From: Guillardia theta CCMP2712
Taxonomy: Eukaryota > Protista > Cryptophyta
DNA length: 64,000 nucleotides
Assembly (NCBI RefSeq): GCF_000315625.1
Contig: NW_005434659.1
Location: forward strand, 917,607 to 981,606
Direction of reading: 5' to 3'
In this document: positions 53,885 through 64,000 of the stretch, piece after piece
How the letters are laid out: every line of letters starts with the position of its first letter
Position numbering within the stretch: the stretch's first letter is position 1
Position numbers and translations under genes: made by a program
The notes under the pieces: model-generated
Seen by the model: the letters and a program-made list of their open reading frames with translations, nothing else
Database searches by the model: none
What the model was told of the DNA's origin: nothing

Positions 53885-56800
53885 ATGAGAGATTTGATTC
53901 TTCTTCTTCTGATCTTTCACCCCATTCCATCAATGGCACAAAGTCAAGTATCATGCGGAGATTGCACCTTCACAATCTCCGCGGACGGAGTGTTGACAAG
54001 ACAAGCTGCTTGCGGCACAGGATGCACCTCGTTGGACTTATACAGCAAGCGAATATCTCAGATCTCGGACCCCGACGTTTTCAAGGGACTGACTCAGCTT
54101 CAATACCTTGGGTTGGCTGGCAACTCCCTTACGAGTTTGCCATCAGGAGTCTTCGACGGCCTCACCAGCATAACATCCCTGAACCTGCGAATCAACAGAC
54201 TCACGTCATTGCCAGCAGCAGTGTTCGACCAGCTTGTCAAACTTGAGTATCTCTACCTAGACAACAACCGGCTCACCAGCCTTGCAGCAAGAGTTTTCGA
54301 TGCCAACTCGAAGCTATGGATGCTATGGATCTACAACAATGACCTTACGAGCCTGCCGGCAGGGTTGTTCAACAATCTTTCACGGCTTAACATATTGTAT
54401 CTTCAAGGCAACCAGATCTCATCACTTCCTTCAAGGCTCTTCGACCATCTCTCAAGTTTGAGGGTTTTGATCTTGTACGACCTGCAGATGTCGCAGGCAC
54501 CGAATGAACTCTTCCAAAACCTAACGAGCTTGGAGCAGCTCTACGTCTCAACGTTCGATTATGTCCAATGCGGGGGCTGCACGTTTGTGGTGAGTAGCAG
54601 TGGGGAGCTCATGCGACAAGGCACATGCAGCCATGACTGCCAAAACTCCTTACCGCTATCATCACGAGGGATCAAGTCGTTGACGAGCAACGTGTTCCAA
54701 GGGATGCCGTCACTGAGCCTTCTTGATCTATCTTACAATGACTTGACGGAGATACCGGCTGGGGTGTTTGACAGCCTTACCCAAGTATTTAATTTGTTCT
54801 TTCTTTGGAACAAGCTGTCAGCTCTACCTCCGGGTGTCTTCAACAACAACAAGAACCTTGCATACCTTCGGCTTGGAGGTAACATGCTCCAGTCGCTACC
54901 AGCTGGATTGTTCGATAATCTTTCAAACCTTAACGAAGCCTCTCTGTACTACAACAAGCTTGAGAGCCTTCCGGACAGGCTCTTTGACAGTCTGACAAGG
55001 CTGCGTTACATCGACCTTTATGGAAATTACTTGAAAAACTACCCGACAAACATCTTTCACAACCTTCCCAGCCTCATCTCCCTCGGGCTAAGGTACAATA
55101 GCATCTCTTGCATCCCTTCCTCAGCATTTGCGAGTCTTCCTGCCAACATTTACATTGACGTTACACACAATCTTATCCAGTGTCATCGCGCATGGCCATC
55201 CTGGGTACAAACAGAACAAGGCCTGCCAAACTGTGTTGAATATGCAAACGATGCTTTTACAGATGATTGCCTTTGCAAACTCGGATACTACAACAAAACA
55301 AAGGGAAGTTGTGATGCATGTACACAAGGAACCTACAAGAGCGTCATCGGCGATGGATTCTGCTCAGCATGCATGAGAGGAACTTGGTCAAAAAGCACAG
55401 CATCTGCGTGCACAAACTGTGAGCTTGGAAGCTTCAGCAGAGTGCCCGGGGCGTCGGCGTGCGGAGCATGCGCGGCGGGGAGCTACAGCGGAGTGCCCGG
55501 GGCGTCGGCGTGCGGAGCATGCGCGGCGGGGAGCTACAGCAGAGAGCCCGGGGCGTCGGCGTGCGGAGCATGCGCGGCGGGGAGCTACAGCAGAGAGCCC
55601 GGGGCGTCGGCGTGCGGAGCATGCGCGGCGGGGAGCTACAGCGGAGTGCCCGGGGCGTCGGCGTGCGGAGCATGCGCGGCGGGGAGCTACAGCGGAGAGC
55701 CCGGGGCGTTGGCGTGCGGAGCATGCGCGGCGGGGAGCTACAGCAGAGAGCCCGGGGCGTCGGCGTGCGGAGCATGCGCGGCGGGGAGCTACAGCAGAGT
55801 GCCCGGGGCGTCGGCGTGCGGAGCATGCGCGGCGGGGAGCTACAGCGGAGTGCCCGGGGCGTCGGCGTGCGGAGCATGCGCGGCGGGGAGCTACAGCAGA
55901 GAGCCCGGGGCGTCGGCGTGCGGAGCATGCGCGGCGGGGAGCTACAGCGGAGAGCCCGGGGCGTCGGCGTGCGGAGCATGCGCGGCGGGGAGCTACAGCG
56001 GAGTGCCCGGGGCGTCGGCGTGCGGAGCATGCGCGGCGGGGAGCTACAGCAGAGAGCCCGGGGCGTCGGCGTGCGGAGCATGCGCGGCGGGGAGCTACAG
56101 CAGAGAGCCCGGGGCGTCGGCATGCGCAGTGTGTGGTTTGGGACATTTTTCAACTTTTCTTGGATCTTCGGTTTGCTGGGAGTGCAGATGTCAAATGAAT
56201 TATCGCGTAATCGATGGATGTAAGGACGGCATCTCAAACTTTCAATGTAAAGAATGTGAAGCTAACGCGTACAGCGATGGCACAATGACTTCGTGTGTCT
56301 GTCCAGCTGGTCACACAAACACAGGGCCGTCCTGCTCAAAGTGTGCTCCAGGAACGTCTAAGTCAAGTATAGGAGCTGCACCCTGCTCCGTTTGCCTATC
56401 AGGGACATGGTCTACGGAAGCATCATCGGTTTGTGCTGCATGTCCGGCAGGTAGCTTCTCATCAGTCAGCAAGGCATCGGCATGTACAGGTTGTCCCATC
56501 GGTTTCTTCTCTTCTCTTGCTGGCGGCACGACATGTTCGGCGTGCCAGCCAGGAAGCTTCTCAGGCGACGGAGGCGCATCCTATTGCTCGACGTGTCCAG
56601 CAGGAACCTACTCCAGCACGGCAGGGTCCACCACGTGCACAGCCTGTGCTCCAGGAACTTATTCAGCTGGCTCAAAGGCCTCGAGCTGCTTGGCGTGTGC
56701 GGAAGGATCTACATCTGGGATAGCTTCGTTTGCGTGTAGCGAGAGCATTCAAGCTGCGATACCTTCGGAGTTGTCCTCCAAGTCTCAAGTGCAGCCGACC

Positions 56801-58081
56801 GCGACTCCATCGGGAACTTCGGCTTCTTTGCTGACGGCGGTTGGAACGTCAGTGTCGGGATGCCTCGTCCTGGGGATGATTGGATGTTATTGCTGGTGGA
56901 TCAAAAACACAGTCAACACTCGCACTGCAGATGAGGCCTCGCATGCCATGTCAAAGGAAAGCTTAGGGTGCGAGTTGGTGATCGAGAACGGATCTCAAGA
57001 CTGCAAGTTGAGCCTTGTCGACATTTCTAATTTCCTTATCGATGTGCTTCCCCATGGCACAGGTACTTACAAGTCCATGTTCAAAGCGCAATGGAGGCAA
57101 AAGACGCCTGATGGTAACGAGACGTTCATGGACGTTGCAATGCTTGAGTTCAGAGGCAAAGAACACGACGACATGGAGACCTTCCGCAATGAAGTAGAGA
57201 TCATGCGGCTGATTGGGAATCATCCGCACTTGGCAAAGTTTTACTGCCCGACCCAGTTGAGAAACGGTCACTATGCCTTAGTGATGGAGTATGCTCCGGA
57301 AGGTTCTCTAGACAATCTCCTTCAGAAAGCTCAGCAGAGCAGCAAGGCTGTCAGCGACGAGGTGCTACTGCAGGTCGGCAAGCAGGTGTGCGACGGGATG
57401 ATGCAGCTGTCAGTGTACAACGTAGTCCACGGGGACCTCGCCTGCCGCAACATCCTGGTGTTCAGCTTTGACTACTACGACAGGAAGCTCATTCGAGTCA
57501 AGATCTCAGACTTTGGACTTTCTTTGCGATTGACCGCCGCGGCCCCGGCCAGCCTCAGCCGTGAAAGCCGTTATGGCGAGTTGACTGGTGGGCCTCTGCG
57601 ATGGATGGCTCCAGAGGTGATGACGAGGAGGGAGTTCTCAGAGAAGAGCGACATCTGGTCCTACGGCGTCACCCTGTGGGAGCTGTGGACTAACTGCTCT
57701 GTCGTGCCGTACGCGTCCGTCACAGAGGACGAGGAGCTGAGACGAAAGATCATCCTGGGCCACTTGCTCGAGAAGCCGGAGTGCTGCAACCCGAGATTCT
57801 ACGAGATCATGCAGGCATGTTGGAGACCAGACCCGTCCGAGCGACCGAGTTTCACGCAGGTGAAGGAGCAGGTTGAAGATGCTTTCCTGATGTTGCACTC
57901 CAAAGCCCCTGCAGACACCAACAAGGGGGGCGAGTGTCAGATCTGCCTGTCTGACCAGGTCGATTACGCTATCTTGCCTTGCGGCCACAAGTGCCTCTGC
58001 TCTGAGTGCAGGAGCGTTGTAGGGACACAGTGCCCTCTGTGCCGCAGGGACATCCGGGAGATCGTCCGAATCTTCGACTGA
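53885..58081 (+). CDS. Receptor-like kinase: signal peptide, LRRs, Cys-rich (GCC2/ephrin-receptor-like) repeats, TM, tyrosine-kinase-type domain and C-terminal RING finger (1398 aa, intronless)
   Basis: MRDLILLLLIF signal; 24-aa LRRs (LxxLxLxxNxLxxLPxGVF); CxxCxxGxYS repeats; TM LLTAVGTSVSGCLVLGMIGCYCWWI; HGDLACRN, KISDFG, PLRWMAPE and SDIWSYGVTLWE; RING CQICLS...LPCGHKCLCSEC...CPLCR. Confidence 0.95.
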   Translation: MRDLILLLLIFHPIPSMAQSQVSCGDCTFTISADGVLTRQAACGTGCTSLDLYSKRISQISDPDVFKGLTQLQYLGLAGNSLTSLPSGVFDGLTSITSLNLRINRLTSLPAAVFDQLVKLEYLYLDNNRLTSLAARVFDANSKLWMLWIYNNDLTSLPAGLFNNLSRLNILYLQGNQISSLPSRLFDHLSSLRVLILYDLQMSQAPNELFQNLTSLEQLYVSTFDYVQCGGCTFVVSSSGELMRQGTCSHDCQNSLPLSSRGIKSLTSNVFQGMPSLSLLDLSYNDLTEIPAGVFDSLTQVFNLFFLWNKLSALPPGVFNNNKNLAYLRLGGNMLQSLPAGLFDNLSNLNEASLYYNKLESLPDRLFDSLTRLRYIDLYGNYLKNYPTNIFHNLPSLISLGLRYNSISCIPSSAFASLPANIYIDVTHNLIQCHRAWPSWVQTEQGLPNCVEYANDAFTDDCLCKLGYYNKTKGSCDACTQGTYKSVIGDGFCSACMRGTWSKSTASACTNCELGSFSRVPGASACGACAAGSYSGVPGASACGACAAGSYSREPGASACGACAAGSYSREPGASACGACAAGSYSGVPGASACGACAAGSYSGEPGALACGACAAGSYSREPGASACGACAAGSYSRVPGASACGACAAGSYSGVPGASACGACAAGSYSREPGASACGACAAGSYSGEPGASACGACAAGSYSGVPGASACGACAAGSYSREPGASACGACAAGSYSREPGASACAVCGLGHFSTFLGSSVCWECRCQMNYRVIDGCKDGISNFQCKECEANAYSDGTMTSCVCPAGHTNTGPSCSKCAPGTSKSSIGAAPCSVCLSGTWSTEASSVCAACPAGSFSSVSKASACTGCPIGFFSSLAGGTTCSACQPGSFSGDGGASYCSTCPAGTYSSTAGSTTCTACAPGTYSAGSKASSCLACAEGSTSGIASFACSESIQAAIPSELSSKSQVQPTATPSGTSASLLTAVGTSVSGCLVLGMIGCYCWWIKNTVNTRTADEASHAMSKESLGCELVIENGSQDCKLSLVDISNFLIDVLPHGTGTYKSMFKAQWRQKTPDGNETFMDVAMLEFRGKEHDDMETFRNEVEIMRLIGNHPHLAKFYCPTQLRNGHYALVMEYAPEGSLDNLLQKAQQSSKAVSDEVLLQVGKQVCDGMMQLSVYNVVHGDLACRNILVFSFDYYDRKLIRVKISDFGLSLRLTAAAPASLSRESRYGELTGGPLRWMAPEVMTRREFSEKSDIWSYGVTLWELWTNCSVVPYASVTEDEELRRKIILGHLLEKPECCNPRFYEIMQACWRPDPSERPSFTQVKEQVEDAFLMLHSKAPADTNKGGECQICLSDQVDYAILPCGHKCLCSECRSVVGTQCPLCRRDIREIVRIFD
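55437..56127 (+). repeat. Coding 51-bp (17-aa) tandem array, 14 units
   Basis: Unit S[R/G][V/E]PGASACGACAAGSY, near-identical at the DNA level. Confidence 0.97.
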
Positions 58082-58288
58082 TGCTTGTTGTAGGATGATG
58101 CGAGATTAAACATGATGACCATCTTGACTCTTCCTCTTTGTTGTATCTCAGATAGGTCGTAGCTCTGCTTCCGTCACCCATAGCTCATGGTGGGGGGTGG
58201 GGTAGGTTTATCAAAAGTTTGTGAGTTTTTCTCGCCAATTCGCAAAGAGGACGACATGGCGAGAAAGTGAAAAGCGCGGGAGCAAGAC

Positions 58289-58402
58289 AGCAAGAGCAAG
58301 AGCAAGAGCAAGAGCAAGAGCAAGAGCAAGAGCAAGAGCAAGAGCATGAGCAAGAGCATGAGCATGAGCATGAGCATGAGCATGAGCATGAGCATGAGCA
58401 AG
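58289..58402. repeat. Compound (AGCAAG)n/(AGCATG)n hexanucleotide repeat
   Basis: Directly visible tandem units. Confidence 0.93.
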
Positions 58403-58879
58403 AGTTTCACAAGATGATTATTCGGATGTATGCTGAATGAACGCTAAGATGCTCAGCTGTGTCGTCCAGCTTCTCCCCAACAGCGATCCTCCACGTCGAG
58501 CGTCTGTTGGAAGAGATTCCACCATAATAGATGGTGATTGGGCCGATCCGAGCGCCTTCAGTCATTGCGTCTTGCTGAGGCACTTCAACGTTGCAGTACA
58601 TCTGCTGCTTCAGTCGTGTGTTACTACCGGAACTAGAGCCCCTCCAGAGGCATCGTCTTCTTGCGACCTCCAGGTAAGCAATGCTGATAGTGTCCGATGG
58701 GTTGGCATCTTCAACCGTCACGCTGATCACTCTGCTGCGGCTGCGGCATCGCTCCACGAATCCGTCGGTCCCATGTGATGCTCGCAGCCCTCACGGTTGA
58801 CCAACGCAGAGGAGCTCCTCTGCGTTGGTCAAGTTAGGTTTGCAACTGTCAGCCGCGCTAGAGATGCTCCCATCTCTTC

Positions 58880-59773
58880 TGTGTTTGTGTTATAGTCTTT
58901 ATATGGCAAGAATCCTTACTGATATGGTAGTCTACATCAAGCGAGACCCTCTAGTCCTTTCAGCGCCTCTGCAGCAGGAATTTCTTGCACTTGTCCACCC
59001 TGCCATACACGTGAGAAAATCATGGAGCAAAACAGCAGAGGTGAGCTGACTTGAGACACCCTGATTGCAGTTCCTCTCGCTCCAAAGAAAGTGAAACCGT
59101 CTTCAGTCAAGATTATAGTCTGTCTGCTCGAGTATTTGTTCTTGATACGAATGTAGTCACCGAGGACTTCTGCGCTCCAACCTCCTGCCTGTTCGGGAAT
59201 GAGCAGCAGTGGTAGCGAGAAGAGCGTGACATACCTCAAGGAAATCTTTGATCTTGTAGTTTTCCAGCGTTTTCTTCGTTGCAGCTTGACGCAACATGCT
59301 GTATTGCGAACCCCCCGAAGGGAAAACTTGAGTTGGCCTTTCAATGCATACAGCCCAAGTATCGCACAGGACCACCGGAGCTCCGTCGTAGTTCATGAAG
59401 TCAAACCAGCCGAAAGATCCCTTCCAAAGTTCAATTCCCGTCCCTTCGACGTCGTGCCTCCATGTGCAAACATCTTCAGCCTGTTCCGGAGGAGGTCAAA
59501 ACAAGCACTTCGCATAGGACACTTTACCATGTTCCCTCCTCCATAGTACTGGTTCCCGCGAGCGCTGGAGGCACCCACGACACTCCATACGTCTTTGGCT
59601 GCAGCCTGCAAGCCTAACACTGCGTTACGAGTAGCTCTTGTTTTCAACTGTGTGAGCTTGCAACTGTGATCCGTCAACACCTTTCCAAGAGTTCCAGAAT
59701 AAGGGCCATGGCAAGCGAAGCCCGAGATTTCTGTGCCCAACAATACGAAACAGAACCATGACAGAGCTCTCAT
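58880..59773 (-). CDS. Hypothetical protein with a bipartite (signal + transit) leader
   Basis: MRALSWFCFVLLGTEISG-F signal with Phe at +1, a Thr/Arg-rich transit-like region and several spliced exons. The 3' end is uncertain. Confidence 0.55.
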
Positions 59774-60416
59774 TGTTGTTTCAAACAATCTGCTTGAATC
59801 CAACAGGATCTTTTATTCAGGTCACAGTCAACCTGACAGCCCTCAAGAAATCTTGAAAGTCACAAAATCCGACGCGTACAACTTCGCTCGGTCAAGAAAA
59901 GGAGTAGAAGAGAGGAGATGAAGAGAGTCGGGTGTCAATGGGGTGTAAGAGTAAGCGAGGTATCAGCCATCAAGCTCCTTCCTTCCCCATTCCTGCGTCA
60001 ATCCTCTTGTGTTGTCGGCCTCCCTGGACATGAACTTATAAAGACAGCAGTTACAGCAGTTATACAGGCGCGGCGACGCCCCGAATGCCGGGTCACTGAC
60101 TAGGCCGGGCTTGATTTTTGCCGCGGGCCCCGGCCTGGTAGTCCAGGACGCGTTTAATGCAACTCGCCGATGTGACAGTGGGAGTGATCGGATCCTGGGT
60201 TTTACTAGATCATTCTTCTGTTATGTCATACTTCTTCCGCTTGCATCATCATCTCCAGCAGCTCCTGCACAAGCTCATCAGTCTTGTGGGTGGGTCATAC
60301 GATATTCGCACCTGCTCTACCTCCAACGCCTCACTGTCCTCCACTCTATTCACATGCTGCTTCAACTGACCCTCCTCTTTCTTCGAGAAATGCTCCCAAT
60401 ATCTGCACATGAAGCA

Positions 60417-61843
60417 TCATTTTTGTGTGAGAACACTGAGCTGCAGGTACAAATGGCCGTAGTCGAGGAGGAATTCCTCCCCCTCCTCCACTTGTCTCGT
60501 CGTGACGATGAATAAGGCCGGAGCTCCTCGTATCCACGACCGCGAGAAGCAGCAGTTCGATGCTGCTGCGATGCCCCTGGGAGGAAGAGGTTTACACGGG
60601 AGGAGGAGGTACAGATTGGCAGGGGGGAGACAGGAGGATGGGGAGAGGGTGGCAGGGGTAGGACAGGAGGAGGGGGAGAGGGTGGCAGGGGTAGGACAGG
60701 GGGAGGAGCTGGGATGACCTGTAGTCGTTGATCATTCGCATCTCGTTGCCGCAGGTCGAAGCATCGATCTTGACAAGCAGGTCAAAGTCACGCGGTCATA
60801 GGAAAGCATTCTACTCCGATCATGGTCGAATGAGTCAGCAGACTTCTCAGGGATCCAGCAGTATCTCCCTCGTATCCGATCTGTCGAGCTGGGAGATCAG
60901 ACGAGGAGGAGGCAGGAGGGGTCGACCAGGCAAGCAACGTAGTCTCCTGTATGGAGGCTCCTCCCGACCTTCCCCGTGTATTCCCCCAAAACTCTCCCGG
61001 CAGACCATGGTCTTGCTGCACACCTAATCGCCAAATCACGAGAATACTGGCAAACACGAAGCTCACAGCATGTACTGCCCGCAGGCAGGATGATCGGCAT
61101 GCTCGACTCGGACAACAGAGACGCCGGGTAGCCTCCTCGACCTCATATCCTCCTGTGAGATTTCCTCAGCAAAGACAAACGAGAAGCAAGGATGGCGCGA
61201 CCTTGTCTTGTTTGCCAAGAGTCAGCGATGGTTCAAGAGAGTAGGACAAGTCAGTCGGCCATGAAGGTCTGCTGTTAGCTCCCTCCTTCACGTTGCCATC
61301 TGATAGCGTTTGTGCATGAATGGGATCAGAGAGTGAGAAAGTGACGTGCAACTTGTCGTTGCCGATGACATAGGTGTTTGACTCCATGGAGTATTCTGAG
61401 TTGTCTAGAATGAGTTCTGAACCCTCGCGAACTTCCTCTGTGCTCACAACCAGCAGGCATGGGATCTCGCGGACAACTGCCATGACTACCTCGCAGTTCC
61501 CCGCCATCCTGACGTTCTCTTGAGCTTCCACTTGCGACCGATGCCGAAGGAAGTTCAGTTCGTTACCCTGCGCATGGAAGCTGACGCGGAGGACAGACCG
61601 ACCAGAGCTCTCCCTCCCTTCTCCTCCATGAGACATCTCTCCGCAGAGCTCCCCGATCACTTCATGGCGGCTCCAGTCTTTGCTCGCCACCACTCTCACC
61701 CACCCGCTCGCTCTTGAGAGCTCGACTCCAGGGACGCATCGCTTCCTCATGGCGCGCTTATCCTGCATGCTGTCAGGGCTGCATGCGAGGCAGAGGCAGG
61801 GGGATGGAGGAGCGGACCTGAGACGAGAGCAGGGAGACGTCAA
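60417..61843 (-). CDS. Tandem SET-domain protein
   Basis: SET1: VVASKDW...IGELCGEM...GNELNFLRH...NCEV...VREGSELILDN. SET2: CAARPW...LGEYTG...DASTCGNEMRMINDY...NCCF...VEEGEEFLLDYG. The start is uncertain. Confidence 0.75.
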
Positions 61844-62059
61844 GACACGTCGCGTACTTCACCTCCTCCGGCCACACCCCCGCCATCGTTTACCACTCCC
61901 TCTTTCCCTTTTCTTCGGCAGCCTCCGATTTCCCCGATTCCTGTCGCCCCCTTTCCCCTCCCCGCCCCTGCCCCCCCCCCCGCCCCCCCTCCAACTTCTC
62001 CCCCGTCGTCTGCTCTTCGGGCAGCTTCACGCGCGTTCATGCGGCTGCATGGAGGCTGC

Positions 62060-63640
62060 ATGCTGCTGGTCATGGCTTCGCTCAGGCAGGCGCAAAGCTT
62101 CGCCGGAGGAGGCAGTCATGTTGGCTCTATGCTGATGGGCAGGAAATTCGGTCTTTTGGTATCGTGCACGAGATTCCCTGGAAGGAGGAGGAGCGCAGCA
62201 GCATGGAGCATGAAGCGAAACTCACGAGAGCTCTCTATGAAGCCCTCTACCAGGAGTGTCACAGTGGACGAAGAGAGTCTTGCGGAGATCAGAAGGGAGC
62301 GGTACTTTGGCTTCGACACGCAGCAATACCCGTTCCAGGATGCTGTTCGGTCAGTCCTCGGCATCGACGAGTCAGTTCCCTTCGGAGATCTGCATCAAGT
62401 GACGGAGTGGTATGTTGACAACAACAACTTCAGGATGAGTAAGTTCCAGAAGATGTGGAACGCTGACAGAGACAGGAGCGGCCGGTACCTGAGCGTGAGC
62501 GAGGGAGACTGTAAGAGTTACGGTGTCTTCGACGAGATCTATCACAGGTTCATACGAGAGGTCGTCTCCAAGGTCATGGGAGGAGGGGCTCTCCAGTTTC
62601 AGCGTGCTCCCACTTTGCGGGTGATGGTTCCAGCTGAGTGCGGCCTCGACCCCAGGAAGAGCACGACCAAGATGCATACGGATATGGAGTACCACCACCA
62701 GCCCAGCGAGATCAATTTCTGGCTCCCCCTTTCCCCCGTCTGGGATACCAACTCCTTGTGGATCGAGTCTGAGCCGGTGAAGAGGAGGAGGGAGAGGAGA
62801 AGAGAGAGGAGGGAGAGGAGAAGAGAGAGGAGGGAGAGGAGAAGAGAGAGAAGAGAGGAGAAGAGAGAGGAGAGGAGGAGGGAGAGGAGAAGAGAGAGGA
62901 GGGAGAGGAGAAGAGAGAGGAGGGAGGAGAAGAGAGAGAAGAGAGGAGAAGAGAGAGGAGAGGAGGAGGGAGAGGAGAAGAGAGAGGAGAGGAGGAGGGA
63001 GAGGAGGAGGGGGGCAGAAGGCAGGAGGAGCAAGGAAGGGGACCGGGAGTAAGGAGAAGGGAAGGAGGGAGTAAGGGATGGTAGAGAAGAAGAGTGAAAG
63101 GGAGGAAGGAGGAGGATGATTTTGGAGGCAGGGGAAGGGAGACTTTCATCCTATCGAGCTCGAGTATGGATCCTTCTGCCGCTTCTACGGGAATCAGTGC
63201 AGACACTTCACGAAGCCCAACTTGACGCAGAAGACTCGGTGAGAGGAGAGGAGACCGGGAAGGAGGAGAAAGGGAATGATGATGATGATGACGACGACGA
63301 CGTTGATAGTGGTGGTAGTGATGGTGGTGGTGGTGGTGGTGGTGATGATGATGATGATGACGATGGTGAGGAGGAGGAGGATTAGGATTAGGAGGGGTGT
63401 GGAGGGGGAAGGAGAAGGAGGATGACGAAGACCGCAGGGTCTCTCTTGACTTCCGAGTGGTTTCGGAGACAAGCGGAGGGCACGATCCGTCCTTCAGGAA
63501 GTGAGTTCGGGTTGAAAGGCTACTGAGTCTGAAGGCTGTGCAGGGGGAGAAGGAGAGGGCCCAAGGCAAAGTTTCAAGATTGCTTCGATGTGGGCGGCTA
63601 CTATGAGGAATGCGTGACAGAGCAGTCTGTACTGTTCCCC
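62060..63640 (+). CDS. StrG-like / PhyH-type Fe(II)-2OG oxygenase-fold protein with a leader peptide
   Basis: FQRAPTLRV...MHTDMEYHHQPSEINFWLPL...TNSLWIESEP-GDFHPIELEYG...FYGNQCRHFTKPN.T..TR-VSLDFRV, giving an HxD...H facial triad. Introns are filled with GA repeats and the 3' end is uncertain. Confidence 0.8.
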
Positions 63641-64000
63641 CTTTCGTCCTCCTCGTCCTCCTCATCCCCTTCCCCTTCCCCTTCCCCTTCCTCTTCCCCT
63701 TCCTCTCCCTCTCCCTCTTCCTCTTCCTCTTCCTCCTCCCCATCATACGTGCAATGAAGGCAGGGGGTCGCGTCTTTGTGTTGTTTTCTTGTCATCCACC
63801 AGAAAAAGGATCTGGAGGCTCGTAAGGGGCTGTGCCGATGGCCTGCATCTTCATCTTGGTGACCTTGCGGCTGCCACGGCGAGTTAGAAGGCAGGGGATT
63901 GAGAGGGAGAGAGGGGGGGAGGGAGAGAGGAGGGGAGGGGAAGAGGAGGGGAGGGAGAGAAGAGGGGAGGGGAAGAGGGGGAGAGGAGGGGAGGGGGAGA

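Noticed and set aside
55388-56237. Four alternative-frame repeat ORFs and a CRISPR-like appearance
   Set aside because: By-products of the stop-free 51-bp coding array. There are no unique spacers or cas genes, and the context is eukaryotic.

Overview
Gene-dense eukaryotic nuclear DNA with many short (~40-60 nt) GT-AG introns, intronic microsatellites, four N gaps and several proteins carrying signal-peptide plus transit-peptide leaders. These features and a type I rhodopsin fit a secondary-plastid alga, most likely a cryptophyte such as Guillardia or Hanusia (inference). About 22 genes can be modelled by hand: rhodopsin 3' end, ENY2/Sus1, a double Zn2Cys6 transcription factor, MAP2K, a cNMP-binding protein, an intronless orphan, AMPK-beta, an acetate kinase-phosphotransacetylase fusion, importin-4, a TTLL, a nucleoredoxin-like protein, a HEAT protein, DUF1295, RhoGAP, an SH3-like protein, MND1, a PEP-mutase/ICL-family enzyme, FKBP, a lipin-like protein, a large receptor kinase, a tandem SET protein and a StrG-like oxygenase. 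The strongest lead is an intronless 1398-aa receptor: signal peptide, two capped LRR modules, a 51-bp Cys-rich tandem array, a TM helix, a tyrosine-kinase-type domain with a WNK-like lysine swap, and a RING finger. Other highlights are a single-chain, apparently mitochondrial AckA-Pta fusion, a lipin lacking its DxDxT motif, a CaaX-tailed redoxin, and recurrent CCGG and ACCCC motif islands upstream of genes. All assignments come from motif recognition by eye, not database searches, and exon boundaries are approximate unless stated.
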